From Euryarchaeota archaeon UBA463 (GTDB lineage: Archaea > Thermoplasmatota > Poseidoniia > Poseidoniales > Thalassarchaeaceae), in the NCBI GenBank assembly GCA_002501805.1, contig DAOI01000004.1:1-60388 (forward strand): a stretch of DNA of 60,388 nt, written 5' to 3'. Position numbers and translations under genes: made by a program. Below the pieces are notes generated by a model that saw only the letters and a list, made by a program, of their open reading frames with translations, did no database searches and was not told where the DNA came from. This document shows, piece by piece, positions 47,380 through 55,695 of this stretch. How positions within the stretch are numbered: position 1 is the first letter of the stretch; each line of letters starts with the position of its first letter.

Positions 47380-48498
47380 CTAGGACTTCCTGAGAATAAT
47401 GGTTAGGACATCCCCATCAGATAGCTGGTGATCTAGTCCGACCCTCTGCCAATCGAATTTAGCACTGGGCCCCTTCACCCTGGCGTATCTGAATTTTCTT
47501 ACGAAGTCCCTGTGTAGTTTTGCACATACGTCCCTAACTGTAGACGTATCCTTGACAATCAACGGCTCAATCATATCGGCCTCTTGTCCCTGTGGCTTCA
47601 GGAATATAGACATAAAGTGGAGATTATCGAAGATGAAGTCCTTCATATTTTCAATCCCCTCGCCAGTCTTTGCTGAGACTTCAAGGACGGGCCATCCTTC
47701 TGGTAGCATCTTCCTTGTTCTTTCCAGATCCTCTTCTGTTGCAAGATCAATTTTATTGACGACAACCACGGCTCTATTGTAGATTCTATTTCCTGCTAAA
47801 GTATCCACAATATGATCATCAGTTACGTCTGTGCGGAGCGTCACTGTTGCAGAGACAATCCCAAAACTACGAATTATTCCCTGTATTTCTTCTTCGGAAA
47901 GATTAGTCTGCTTAACAGTGGATCTGACAACGATACCTCCTCTCTTAGTTCTAGTAATGAAAACCTGTGGTTCAGCTTGATTCAACCTCATTCCTGCCAT
48001 CCATAACTCCCTGTCTAGGATATCGAAGTGAGATTCTTGAAACGGGTCAACAACATAAAGCACCATATCAGATCCTCTGATAACATTGAGTATTTCTCTA
48101 CCTCTGCCCTTTCCCTCGGAAGCGCCCTTGATCAGGCCTGGAAGATCTAGAATCTGTATCTTAGCGCCTCTATGGTCTAGAACTCCGGGAATACATGTCA
48201 GTGTAGTGAAAGCGAAGGCGCCTGCCTCCGAGTCAGCACCAGTCAGTTGAGAGATGAGACTTGATTTACCTACGCTGGGGAATCCTACCAGAGAAACCGA
48301 TGCGTCGCCAGACTTCTTGACTTCAAAACCGGCGCTTGATCCACTCTTCTTCGCATGTGCTACTGCCTTCTCCTTCCTCTCTTTCAAGGAGGCTATCTTA
48401 GCCTTTAGGCGTCCGATATGGCCCTGTGTAGCCTTGTTATACTTGGTCTTGGAGATTTCTTCCTCCAGTGACTTGATTTGCTCTTCTATAGTCGCCAA
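47380..48498 (-). CDS. developmentally regulated GTP-binding protein (DRG/Obg-like) with a C-terminal TGS domain
   Basis: ATIEEQIKSLEEEISKTKYNKATQGHIGRLKAKIA is the DRG N-terminus. GFPSVGKSS (G1), FTTL, LDLPGLI (G3) and NKID (G4) are present, followed by a TGS-like end. The start is placed at TTG 48498, with GGAGGGTG 5 nt upstream. Track ORF residues 1-115 show no homology. Confidence 0.85.
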   Translation of the reverse strand: MATIEEQIKSLEEEISKTKYNKATQGHIGRLKAKIASLKERKEKAVAHAKKSGSSAGFEVKKSGDASVSLVGFPSVGKSSLISQLTGADSEAGAFAFTTLTCIPGVLDHRGAKIQILDLPGLIKGASEGKGRGREILNVIRGSDMVLYVVDPFQESHFDILDRELWMAGMRLNQAEPQVFITRTKRGGIVVRSTVKQTNLSEEEIQGIIRSFGIVSATVTLRTDVTDDHIVDTLAGNRIYNRAVVVVNKIDLATEEDLERTRKMLPEGWPVLEVSAKTGEGIENMKDFIFDNLHFMSIFLKPQGQEADMIEPLIVKDTSTVRDVCAKLHRDFVRKFRYARVKGPSAKFDWQRVGLDHQLSDGDVLTIILRKS

Positions 48499-48799
48499 GT
48501 GACCACCCTCCAAGGTATTATTCGCGCTACGCGAGGACCAACTTATTGAATTCGGTGGAGAAAATTGTCGATAGCCGTGCGAGCGAGGGTTCATGCCACA
48601 TTGCCGATTGGTGATGCCACGGATACATATGCCAGACGTCATACTGTCTTTGATTGACCCCAAATCACTAGATTCGATATTATCCATGTCAGTTGGTTCA
48701 ATCATCGATGGGATGGAGAAAATGTCCCTAAGGGAAAAAAGACCAGGATACCAAGGACTCCCTTCAAGGCAGTTCGATGTAGATTTAGAAGGAGAAATA

Positions 48800-49303
48800 A
48801 TGGAATGGTTGGATAATGTGGGAGAAATCAATCCGGACTTCATACTAGAAAAACAAGATATTCCAATCGAGAAGAAGACAGAGCTTCTCCTACTACTTTG
48901 TCATTGGTCATCACTAGGGGAGTGGAGGTGTTGGGATGCTAGGCTTTTCCTGTATGTCGAACCGAGCCTTGATTCTGGCGTCAGAAGTACGGAATCCTTT
49001 CTAATGCCATCAGTATGGGAGGAGTTCAAGAATTCCCTCTCATCTTTGGATAGGTCTACATTCATCGAATCCGTCGTAATTGACTGGATGTCTAGGAGGG
49101 AGGATCTTGGAGAGACTATGGATCCATCATCCGACCCTAGGATCCTTCCAACTATGGAATCTCATCAGGAGTTTTCAGGAGGACTTTTTGACATAATGGA
49201 GAAATCTAGATTGCAGAGTACACCAATCCTTCTGGGGAGGGAGTATCTGGAAGCTAGATCATGGCATCTCGGACAGGAAAGGTTAGAGAGTATAATCGGG
49301 TGA
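48800..49303 (+). CDS. hypothetical protein
   Basis: Track ORF 48593..49303. AGGAG lies 6 nt upstream of ATG 48800 (MEWLDNVGEINPDF). The gene ends 4 nt before nadM and is probably co-transcribed with it. No family recognised, and the start is uncertain. Confidence 0.35.
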   Translation: MEWLDNVGEINPDFILEKQDIPIEKKTELLLLLCHWSSLGEWRCWDARLFLYVEPSLDSGVRSTESFLMPSVWEEFKNSLSSLDRSTFIESVVIDWMSRREDLGETMDPSSDPRILPTMESHQEFSGGLFDIMEKSRLQSTPILLGREYLEARSWHLGQERLESIIG

Positions 49304-49307
49304 TAGT

Positions 49308-49925
49308 ATGTACGAATTGCAAATGTTTCCAGGTCCTCCCTCGGAATCACCTGTCTCAGGAGTAGTCATTCTCGGGAGGTTCCAGCCATTCCACAAAGGT
49401 CACGAATTTATGTTGGAGTTTGCAGAAAGATGGAGACAATCCAATCACCCCGAGCTTCCATTGATAATAGCAATAGGTTCTTCCAACAGGCCAGAGAGTC
49501 TCAGGAATCCATGGAGCTATCAAGAGCGTGAGGAGATGATTAGCCATTGGATAGAATCCAATGATTTCAAGGTCATTCCAGAAATCATTTCGATACCTGA
49601 TATCGACGATCCTCCGAACTGGGTCTCCCATGCAGAATCCTATCACGGAGAGGCAGGAATCTTCCTTTCTAGTGACATCGATTCCTTGGAACTATATTCT
49701 AAATCTAATTGGCCAGTAGTCGAGATACCGATGGAGGAAAGGGACAGATTAGAAGGTTGGAGGGTCAGAGAGACAGCTAGAATGATGTCTACTATTGATG
49801 ATGCAAGCGCGGTTTCAGAGGTCCTCTCACCAACCATTCCAGAGTCTGTTGTCAGCTTCATGATTGAGAACGGTTATCTGAGGAGACTCGCATTTCTGGG
49901 AGAGGGAGGAGAGCCAGTTGGATGA
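49308..49925 (+). CDS. nadM: nicotinamide-nucleotide adenylyltransferase, archaeal type
   Basis: GVVILGRFQPFHKGHEFMLE is the cytidylyltransferase (H/T)xGH motif in its archaeal NMNAT context. ISIPDIDD is also present. Confidence 0.8.
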   Translation: MYELQMFPGPPSESPVSGVVILGRFQPFHKGHEFMLEFAERWRQSNHPELPLIIAIGSSNRPESLRNPWSYQEREEMISHWIESNDFKVIPEIISIPDIDDPPNWVSHAESYHGEAGIFLSSDIDSLELYSKSNWPVVEIPMEERDRLEGWRVRETARMMSTIDDASAVSEVLSPTIPESVVSFMIENGYLRRLAFLGEGGEPVG

Positions 49926-51983
49926 TCACCAATCTCCCTCAAATGTGCACGAAGGCTCGCAGTAATCGACTAGGACTCCAGAAATCAAGTAGCCATATGC
50001 CATCATCTTAGCCTCCGGAACCTCGAGAACCAGATTATGAGCCAGAGAGTGGTGCCACATTGGTCCATTTGTATTTCCAGTCGGAAGCGCTGGGAATTCT
50101 CCATCGAAATAAGCCGCAGAAGAGCCATTAATGGGCCCATCAACAACATCGACGCCAAATGGGTGATATGCCGAACCAGTCACTACCGGGACGTTACCAG
50201 TTCTCACAGCTCTATCAGCAGAAAGAGTAGTAACCTGGGCATCCATCATTGATGTGAGATAGAACATATCGAATGGCTTCAGAATATCTCCATATCCAGT
50301 CTCTCTGAAGGGCAAGTATGTCTCACCGTCGGTAGAATCCCATATTGATTGCAAGAGCGCAATTGAAACCGCTCTGTCAAGTCTTGATGGAAGAGAAACT
50401 TCACTAGAAAGAAGCTCGAAGAATTGTGCAGGGAACTCTTCCGACCCGTAGTGAGTAGTTCTCTCCACCTGATGAGTGAATGAGGTTCCACCGACCCAAA
50501 GTACGCCCCACTCAAGCTCTGGGACAAAGGCTAGCAACGAAGGCCCCCTCAGTCCTCCCAGGGATATCCCGATGTAGTTAACCGTATCAATGTCAATCAT
50601 GTTTGTTCCATTGTGCTTGAACTGCTCAATATCGGAGCAAATACCAGTTATCGTCCTAACCATTGAGATATGATTTATCACCGCCTGCATCTGTCTTTCC
50701 TGCTGATACTGGAACTCCTTCAGATCCATTAATGCGAAAGTCATGGCATCAAGATCCCCGTCCGAGCTCCATCCCTTGAAATCAGTCGCAATTACTACGG
50801 TTTGGTATTCATTAGCGATTGATCTGGCATTCATGGCATATGAGTCACCGTCTCCGAAAAGACCATGCCCGAATACGGTCAAAGGTCCTGATGTATTGTT
50901 CTCTGCTAGTGAACTAGGGATTAGCATTGTGAAGTCTATTTCCCTGTTTTCCACGAATTCTGGATCTCCTGAGGAATTTCTCATCAAAGGAGATCTCGCA
51001 AACTCATTCTCCATGTAGTGAGGCGTAGTCACCGTACCTCTGATCAATCTCAGGGAGGTCCCGTCGTTGCCGAAGTCCTCCTCGATCTCTGAGATGTGAC
51101 AGCCAATTCCGTCATCACCCAGTCTCTGCTCCGCATCATCTCTCATTATCAGTATGTCTTCCAGTATCGACTCAGTAGAAGCAGTGTGGAACCACCATGC
51201 AGATTGCAGTGAGCTTCTCTCGAATCCCGCAGCTTCGAGCTCTCTGAATACTTCCTCATAGGCCTCCCTCTGACTCTCAATACCATCTGAGTCCGTCTGA
51301 TTGCCATCTCTGAGTGCCCTGAATCCATCCGATGGAACTACCGATGCGCCCTCTTCATTCACTAGATTTCTGAATCCCACAGCATAAGGTGTATTGTGAT
51401 TCAAGCCCTCAATTGTCCTCAAGAAAATGATAGTTTCCTCACCTTCTTGGGCACGTGCATCTAACTCAATCCAGTGGTGGATTTTCTCCCCTGTCTCCAT
51501 GTTAAGCAAGATACTTTCATGTCCGTCCATTGTCGATATTCCAATGTCAAACTGTGAGGCCATTCCAGTGATGTTAGGGACTTCATCAAAGGCAGTGAAG
51601 ATTTGCGTCGATGGGCTGAAACCATCTAGACGGTCAAGTATCACCATATTGTCACTTACCGAAGACCTGGTATCAGGTATAGCTTCGCCATCGATACCCA
51701 GGCTGTATCCGGTATCCCGGGACTCGTCAACATCCAAGAAGGCGCCTGAAGGGAATGGAAGCATGCAGTGGATATGATTGGTATCATCGCAGAATTCACT
51801 ACCTCCAATTTCAATAATCTCGTCTGTCGAGGTATCAGTATTGTTGTCTACCGGATCAGACGGCTGTTCCAGTCCATCAATATCATTTTCATCGGAATCG
51901 CTACTTGGTTCTCCGGTGCATCCTACTAGCAACATTGACGCTACTATTGTTAAGGCTAAAATCTTCCTAGTCCCATTATCCAT
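49926..51983 (-). CDS. secreted lipoprotein, putative alpha/beta-hydrolase (esterase/lipase-like)
   Basis: ATG 51983 gives MDNGTRKILALTIVASMLLVGCTGE (lipobox LVGC), followed by an acidic linker. There is a GxSxG nucleophile elbow (YIGISLGGLRG) and an upstream GHGLFGD oxyanion-like motif. The exact family is not recognised. Confidence 0.5.
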   Translation of the reverse strand: MDNGTRKILALTIVASMLLVGCTGEPSSDSDENDIDGLEQPSDPVDNNTDTSTDEIIEIGGSEFCDDTNHIHCMLPFPSGAFLDVDESRDTGYSLGIDGEAIPDTRSSVSDNMVILDRLDGFSPSTQIFTAFDEVPNITGMASQFDIGISTMDGHESILLNMETGEKIHHWIELDARAQEGEETIIFLRTIEGLNHNTPYAVGFRNLVNEEGASVVPSDGFRALRDGNQTDSDGIESQREAYEEVFRELEAAGFERSSLQSAWWFHTASTESILEDILIMRDDAEQRLGDDGIGCHISEIEEDFGNDGTSLRLIRGTVTTPHYMENEFARSPLMRNSSGDPEFVENREIDFTMLIPSSLAENNTSGPLTVFGHGLFGDGDSYAMNARSIANEYQTVVIATDFKGWSSDGDLDAMTFALMDLKEFQYQQERQMQAVINHISMVRTITGICSDIEQFKHNGTNMIDIDTVNYIGISLGGLRGPSLLAFVPELEWGVLWVGGTSFTHQVERTTHYGSEEFPAQFFELLSSEVSLPSRLDRAVSIALLQSIWDSTDGETYLPFRETGYGDILKPFDMFYLTSMMDAQVTTLSADRAVRTGNVPVVTGSAYHPFGVDVVDGPINGSSAAYFDGEFPALPTGNTNGPMWHHSLAHNLVLEVPEAKMMAYGYLISGVLVDYCEPSCTFEGDW

Positions 51984-52018
51984 ATCTCTCACCAAACTCA
52001 CAAATCAATAGAAACTCA

Positions 52019-53281
52019 CTAGCAGTCAGTGCACCATACGTCTTCAGGCATTTCTCCCGACAGCCAAGAAGTGAACCAGTCAGAAAATGAAATCGACTCA
52101 TCTTCAAGTTGGTAGAACCAGCTAGAAAACAAAATTCCATGATTATCTCCAGCTTCTATCCAGCCGGACATCTCAACACCCTCACTTTCTATGTGTAATT
52201 CAGAGTTTCTCAATCTCCAGTTATAGTCTTCTGGCGGATTGTTAAGTAACCCGTTGAAGTACTTCATTGTCTCATCTTGGGCACTGTCAAACCTACCATA
52301 TGTTATGTTCGGATTGTACATATTGAGATATATGTCTAAGTGAGCACTAGTCATATCATTCCAGTCCAAAGTCGATCCATTGTAAGTTAGGTCATCTAGC
52401 CACGTGAAGGATGTATTATTCAATCCCCAAGCAGGGTAAAGATCAGTAGTTCCAGTGCTTGTAACTCCCCCAGTACTGTCGTGGAATACGAATATATCAG
52501 CGTCGGGAATTGCCTCAGAGAGACTCCCTGCATAGAAACCTGCAGCTATGGCTCCTCCACTGGAACCGAGGACATAGTATGTACTAGCATTTGGATGACT
52601 GGAAACGAAGTGATCAAACGCGCTCATCGCATTAGGATAACCTCTGTGGTGCATCACGTTATCCTCGTAACTTAAGGTCGTATTTCCCATATGGACATCC
52701 CCTGTACAATAGGGTACGAATACCATCGAGGCGTCTATGAGTGGATTATCTCTATTGTCTAGGTCTAGTATTCCGCCCCATCCTGTCGGATTCTGCCAAT
52801 AGGCCCCAGTACTAGATGAGTTCTCCACTGTACAGGTGAAATCATTCCAGCATGCCCCTCCACCATTGAAGAATAAAACCGCTACATCCGAGTCCCCATC
52901 ACGTGAATAGAACGAGTATTCAGATCCGTCAGAGCACATACAGTCCTCGTCTTCCGGATCATGCTTGGTCCATGTTTCGGTATACTTCGGGACCCAATAA
53001 TCACAGCTTCCATCATCATCAGTAGCTTCAGAAACGAAGTTATTAGCAGCGTTGTCAGTGCACCCGGTAATTTCATCGATATCAAATATCCCATCGCCAT
53101 CGGAATCTGCGTACGTACAAACCCCTGAATCTTCCATAGTTGCATTTTCATCATAATTTTCGGCCATTTCATCCATACAGCCAGCTATTTCTACTGGCTC
53201 ATCAGCTTCTCCGGAGCATCCTGCTAGGACCATGCTAGAGATTAGAAGTATGGCTGTAAGCCGCCTCACACCATCAATCAT
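52019..53281 (-). CDS. secreted lipoprotein, pectin-acetylesterase/Notum-family carboxylesterase-like
   Basis: MIDGVRRLTAILLISSMVLAGCSGE carries lipobox LAGC. CSDGSEYSFY, VLFFNGGGACWNDFTC, NPLIDASMVFVPYCTGDVHMG and YVLGSSGGAIAA follow the PAE family order (CLDGS, GGGWC, YCDGxSFxG, GxSAGG). Confidence 0.55.
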   Translation of the reverse strand: MIDGVRRLTAILLISSMVLAGCSGEADEPVEIAGCMDEMAENYDENATMEDSGVCTYADSDGDGIFDIDEITGCTDNAANNFVSEATDDDGSCDYWVPKYTETWTKHDPEDEDCMCSDGSEYSFYSRDGDSDVAVLFFNGGGACWNDFTCTVENSSSTGAYWQNPTGWGGILDLDNRDNPLIDASMVFVPYCTGDVHMGNTTLSYEDNVMHHRGYPNAMSAFDHFVSSHPNASTYYVLGSSGGAIAAGFYAGSLSEAIPDADIFVFHDSTGGVTSTGTTDLYPAWGLNNTSFTWLDDLTYNGSTLDWNDMTSAHLDIYLNMYNPNITYGRFDSAQDETMKYFNGLLNNPPEDYNWRLRNSELHIESEGVEMSGWIEAGDNHGILFSSWFYQLEDESISFSDWFTSWLSGEMPEDVWCTDC

Positions 53282-53298
53282 AAAGTCTCATAGAAGCA

Positions 53299-53310
53299 TG
53301 ATATATATCA
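53299..53310 (-). promoter_or_regulatory. palindromic A/T box TGATATATATCA; candidate TATA box for the PAE-like gene (leaderless geometry)
   Basis: The box centre is ~24 nt upstream of ATG 53281, with no SD between them. It lies in the 40-nt spacer after the grpE stop. Confidence 0.35.
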
Positions 53311-53321
53311 TCATTCCTCGG

Positions 53322-53819
53322 TCATTCTGCCACTATTACCTTGGAGGCAATAAGTACCCTTTCGTGAAGCATGTATCCCTCTTCTATCACTTCAATAACG
53401 AAACCCTCCTCTACTCCTTCTGGGGCGGGAAGCATTGCGACCGCCTCCATTTTAGTCGGATCAAACTGCTTTTTCATAGCCTCAATGTGAGTGACTCCTT
53501 CAGATTCCAATGCAGTCCTTAGGCCACGAAGAGTCATTTGTGTTCCTTCGATAAAACCGTCCCCATCAGCTCCCTCAGTTTGATTAATCGCCCTCTCCAT
53601 TCCGCTGAGCATGGGGAGAATTTTTCTGGCGAGAGAAGATGAACCGTATCTAACTAACTCGGATCTTTCCTTGGCCGATTTCTGCCTAAGATTGGCCATG
53701 TCTGCGGCTTGATATTGCAACTCCTTCTCAAGCTCCGCAACCTTCCCTTTCAATTGCTCTACTTCGTCCTCTTCGATGATTTCAACTCCATCTGGGGCCC
53801 CTTCCTCTTCCTCGCTCAC
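53322..53819 (-). CDS. grpE: nucleotide exchange factor GrpE
   Basis: VAELEKELQYQAADMANLRQKSAKE is the coiled N-terminal helix, followed by a C-terminal beta domain (FDPTKMEAVA...VIEEGYMLHERVLIASKV). GTG start with GGAGG upstream. No dnaK or dnaJ is adjacent. Confidence 0.8.
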   Translation of the reverse strand: MSEEEEGAPDGVEIIEEDEVEQLKGKVAELEKELQYQAADMANLRQKSAKERSELVRYGSSSLARKILPMLSGMERAINQTEGADGDGFIEGTQMTLRGLRTALESEGVTHIEAMKKQFDPTKMEAVAMLPAPEGVEEGFVIEVIEEGYMLHERVLIASKVIVAE

Positions 53820-53860
53820 AATTGTTCGCCTCCATGCACCTTCAATAATCCGATGGGTTA

Positions 53861-55630
53861 TCAGTCAGAATAGAAGTATTCTCCATTGGCCTTCTGCTCC
53901 CTATCCTTGACACTGCCGTGTTTGTTTATTCTCGGACGCTTAGACTCATGGTCTCTCCTGAATGTTACCCCCACGCCAGATAGGAATCTATTCATCCCCT
54001 TTCTGAGACTCAGTGGGCCAACAGCATGTCCCTTTTTGCCTCCCTCTCCTTCGAAAACTAGCAGGGAGTCACTGACTATGTCTACGAAGTAGATATCGTG
54101 ATCAATCACCATTGCCGCCTTTTCATTGCTTTCCATGGTTCTCTTAATGGCCTTAGCAGCCTCCATCCTGGCATTAGCGTCCAGATGTGCGCTAGGCTCA
54201 TCTAGAAGATACAGGTCCGCTTCCTTCCCGAGGCAAATCGCTATACTGATGGCTTGCAACTCCCCTCCAGATAGCCTTGATGCTTCAAGGTCTAGCATCT
54301 TATCAATCTGCAGGGGCCTGATGACTTGAGTATGGAACTCTCCCGACCTCCATTTTGTCCCTATTTCCACATCCAGCCAAAGCTGGACGCTCCCTTGGAA
54401 GTCAGTGGATACATGTTGGGGCTTGTACGAAACTTCGGCTTCCATCGTGCACCACCCCTGATCAGGCTCAAGCTCGCCAGCAATCATCTTGACCATAGTC
54501 GTCTTCCCAGTTGCGTTGGGCCCAACAACTCCTATGACCTCAGCAGAACGCACCTCTCCTTGGCCTGTTGTAAGCTGGAAATCGCCCATCTTCTTCTCCA
54601 TATCTCCCCATTTCAGAATTGGTAGGCCAATGTCCTCGCCTCTGGTTCTGCCTCTGATGAATCTGATAGGTTTGTCCCGAATCCTGACGTTCTCTTCGGG
54701 AAGATAGCCATCTAGGTACGCGTTGATGGCCGTTCTGGTTGTCCTAGGAGGGGTAAAGATCCCATACGCCGCCCTTTCACCGTATACCACATGAAGAAGA
54801 TCGCAAAGGACATCGAGTATTGCCAAGTCATGTTCAACAACCAAGACACGCTTGCCCATAGCAGACAGGTCCTGGATAATTCTCACCATCCTCATTCTCT
54901 CATATATGTCGAGATAAGATGACGGTTCATCGAAGAAATAAACATCAGCCTCCTTGAGTAGAGTCGCGCAGAGGGCTACCCTCTGCAACTCTCCTCCAGA
55001 CAGGGACCCTAGCTTTCTTGACAAAATGTGCCCTATTCCGAGTGCTTCAGAGTATTTGTCTATCTCCCCTCTATCATCGACTCTTTCGAGTAATTCACTG
55101 ACTTCCCCTTCGAAGATTTTAGGAAGCTTGTCAATGTATTGCGGTTTGACCGCAATGCTCACTCCTTCCTCGGATAGAAGGGTCAAATAATCCCGAAGCT
55201 CGCCTCTGGGAAAGGTAGTGATTACATCATCCCAATCAGGTGTTTGATTACTCCAATCCCCTAGGTTAGGGGTGATGCTCCCTGAGAGTAGATTGACTGC
55301 GGTAGATTTACCCATGCCGTTCGGTCCTAGTATCCCTACCACTTGCTCCAATCTAGGGGCGGGAAGTCTGAACAGTCTGAAACTATTCTCGCCGTAGCAG
55401 TGGGACATTTCAGAATCTAGCTCCTCTGGCAGATTTATCACTATTACAGCATTATCCGGACAGTGTCTTGCTCTGTTGAAGCACACCGGACAAGCCGTTT
55501 CTAGAATCTTACATTTGTCTCCCTTGAATTGTATGCATTCCATGTCACACAATGCTGAATATTTCTTGAGATACGAGTATGCGTTACTGTTAGGCTTGCA
55601 TCTGTCCTCCAGCAGAACCGCTACTCTCAT
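53861..55630 (-). CDS. ABCE1 (RNase L inhibitor-type ribosome recycling ATPase)
   Basis: An N-terminal Cys-rich domain is followed by two ABC cassettes: GILGPNGMGKST, LSGGELQRVAL, VYFFDEPSSYLD; GVVGPNATGKTT, LSGGELQAISI, LYLLDEPSAHLD. GAGGAG lies 6 nt upstream of the ATG. Confidence 0.9.
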   Translation of the reverse strand: MRVAVLLEDRCKPNSNAYSYLKKYSALCDMECIQFKGDKCKILETACPVCFNRARHCPDNAVIVINLPEELDSEMSHCYGENSFRLFRLPAPRLEQVVGILGPNGMGKSTAVNLLSGSITPNLGDWSNQTPDWDDVITTFPRGELRDYLTLLSEEGVSIAVKPQYIDKLPKIFEGEVSELLERVDDRGEIDKYSEALGIGHILSRKLGSLSGGELQRVALCATLLKEADVYFFDEPSSYLDIYERMRMVRIIQDLSAMGKRVLVVEHDLAILDVLCDLLHVVYGERAAYGIFTPPRTTRTAINAYLDGYLPEENVRIRDKPIRFIRGRTRGEDIGLPILKWGDMEKKMGDFQLTTGQGEVRSAEVIGVVGPNATGKTTMVKMIAGELEPDQGWCTMEAEVSYKPQHVSTDFQGSVQLWLDVEIGTKWRSGEFHTQVIRPLQIDKMLDLEASRLSGGELQAISIAICLGKEADLYLLDEPSAHLDANARMEAAKAIKRTMESNEKAAMVIDHDIYFVDIVSDSLLVFEGEGGKKGHAVGPLSLRKGMNRFLSGVGVTFRRDHESKRPRINKHGSVKDREQKANGEYFYSD

Positions 55631-55681
55631 ATTATCTCCTCAGGTGTTTCACTCAATACTTCTTTGCCTTTATCCGATGTC

Positions 55682-55694
55682 AAAAATATATTTT
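55682..55694 (-). promoter_or_regulatory. palindromic A/T element (AAAATATATTTTT on the minus strand): candidate oligo-T terminator for the upstream gene and TATA box for ABCE1
   Basis: It starts 1 nt after the crtB-like stop and ends in a T5 run on the coding strand. It lies ~55 nt upstream of the ABCE1 ATG, leaving room for a ~25-30 nt leader that carries the SD. Confidence 0.3.
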
Positions 55695-55695
55695 C

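Noticed and set aside
48499-48843. 115-codon N-terminal extension of the DRG GTPase ORF
   Set aside because: DRG-family similarity begins exactly at TTG 48498, which has a GGAGGGTG SD 5 nt upstream. The extension is Ser-rich low complexity and overlaps an equally open + frame. The region is kept as an open question in the findings, not as coding sequence.
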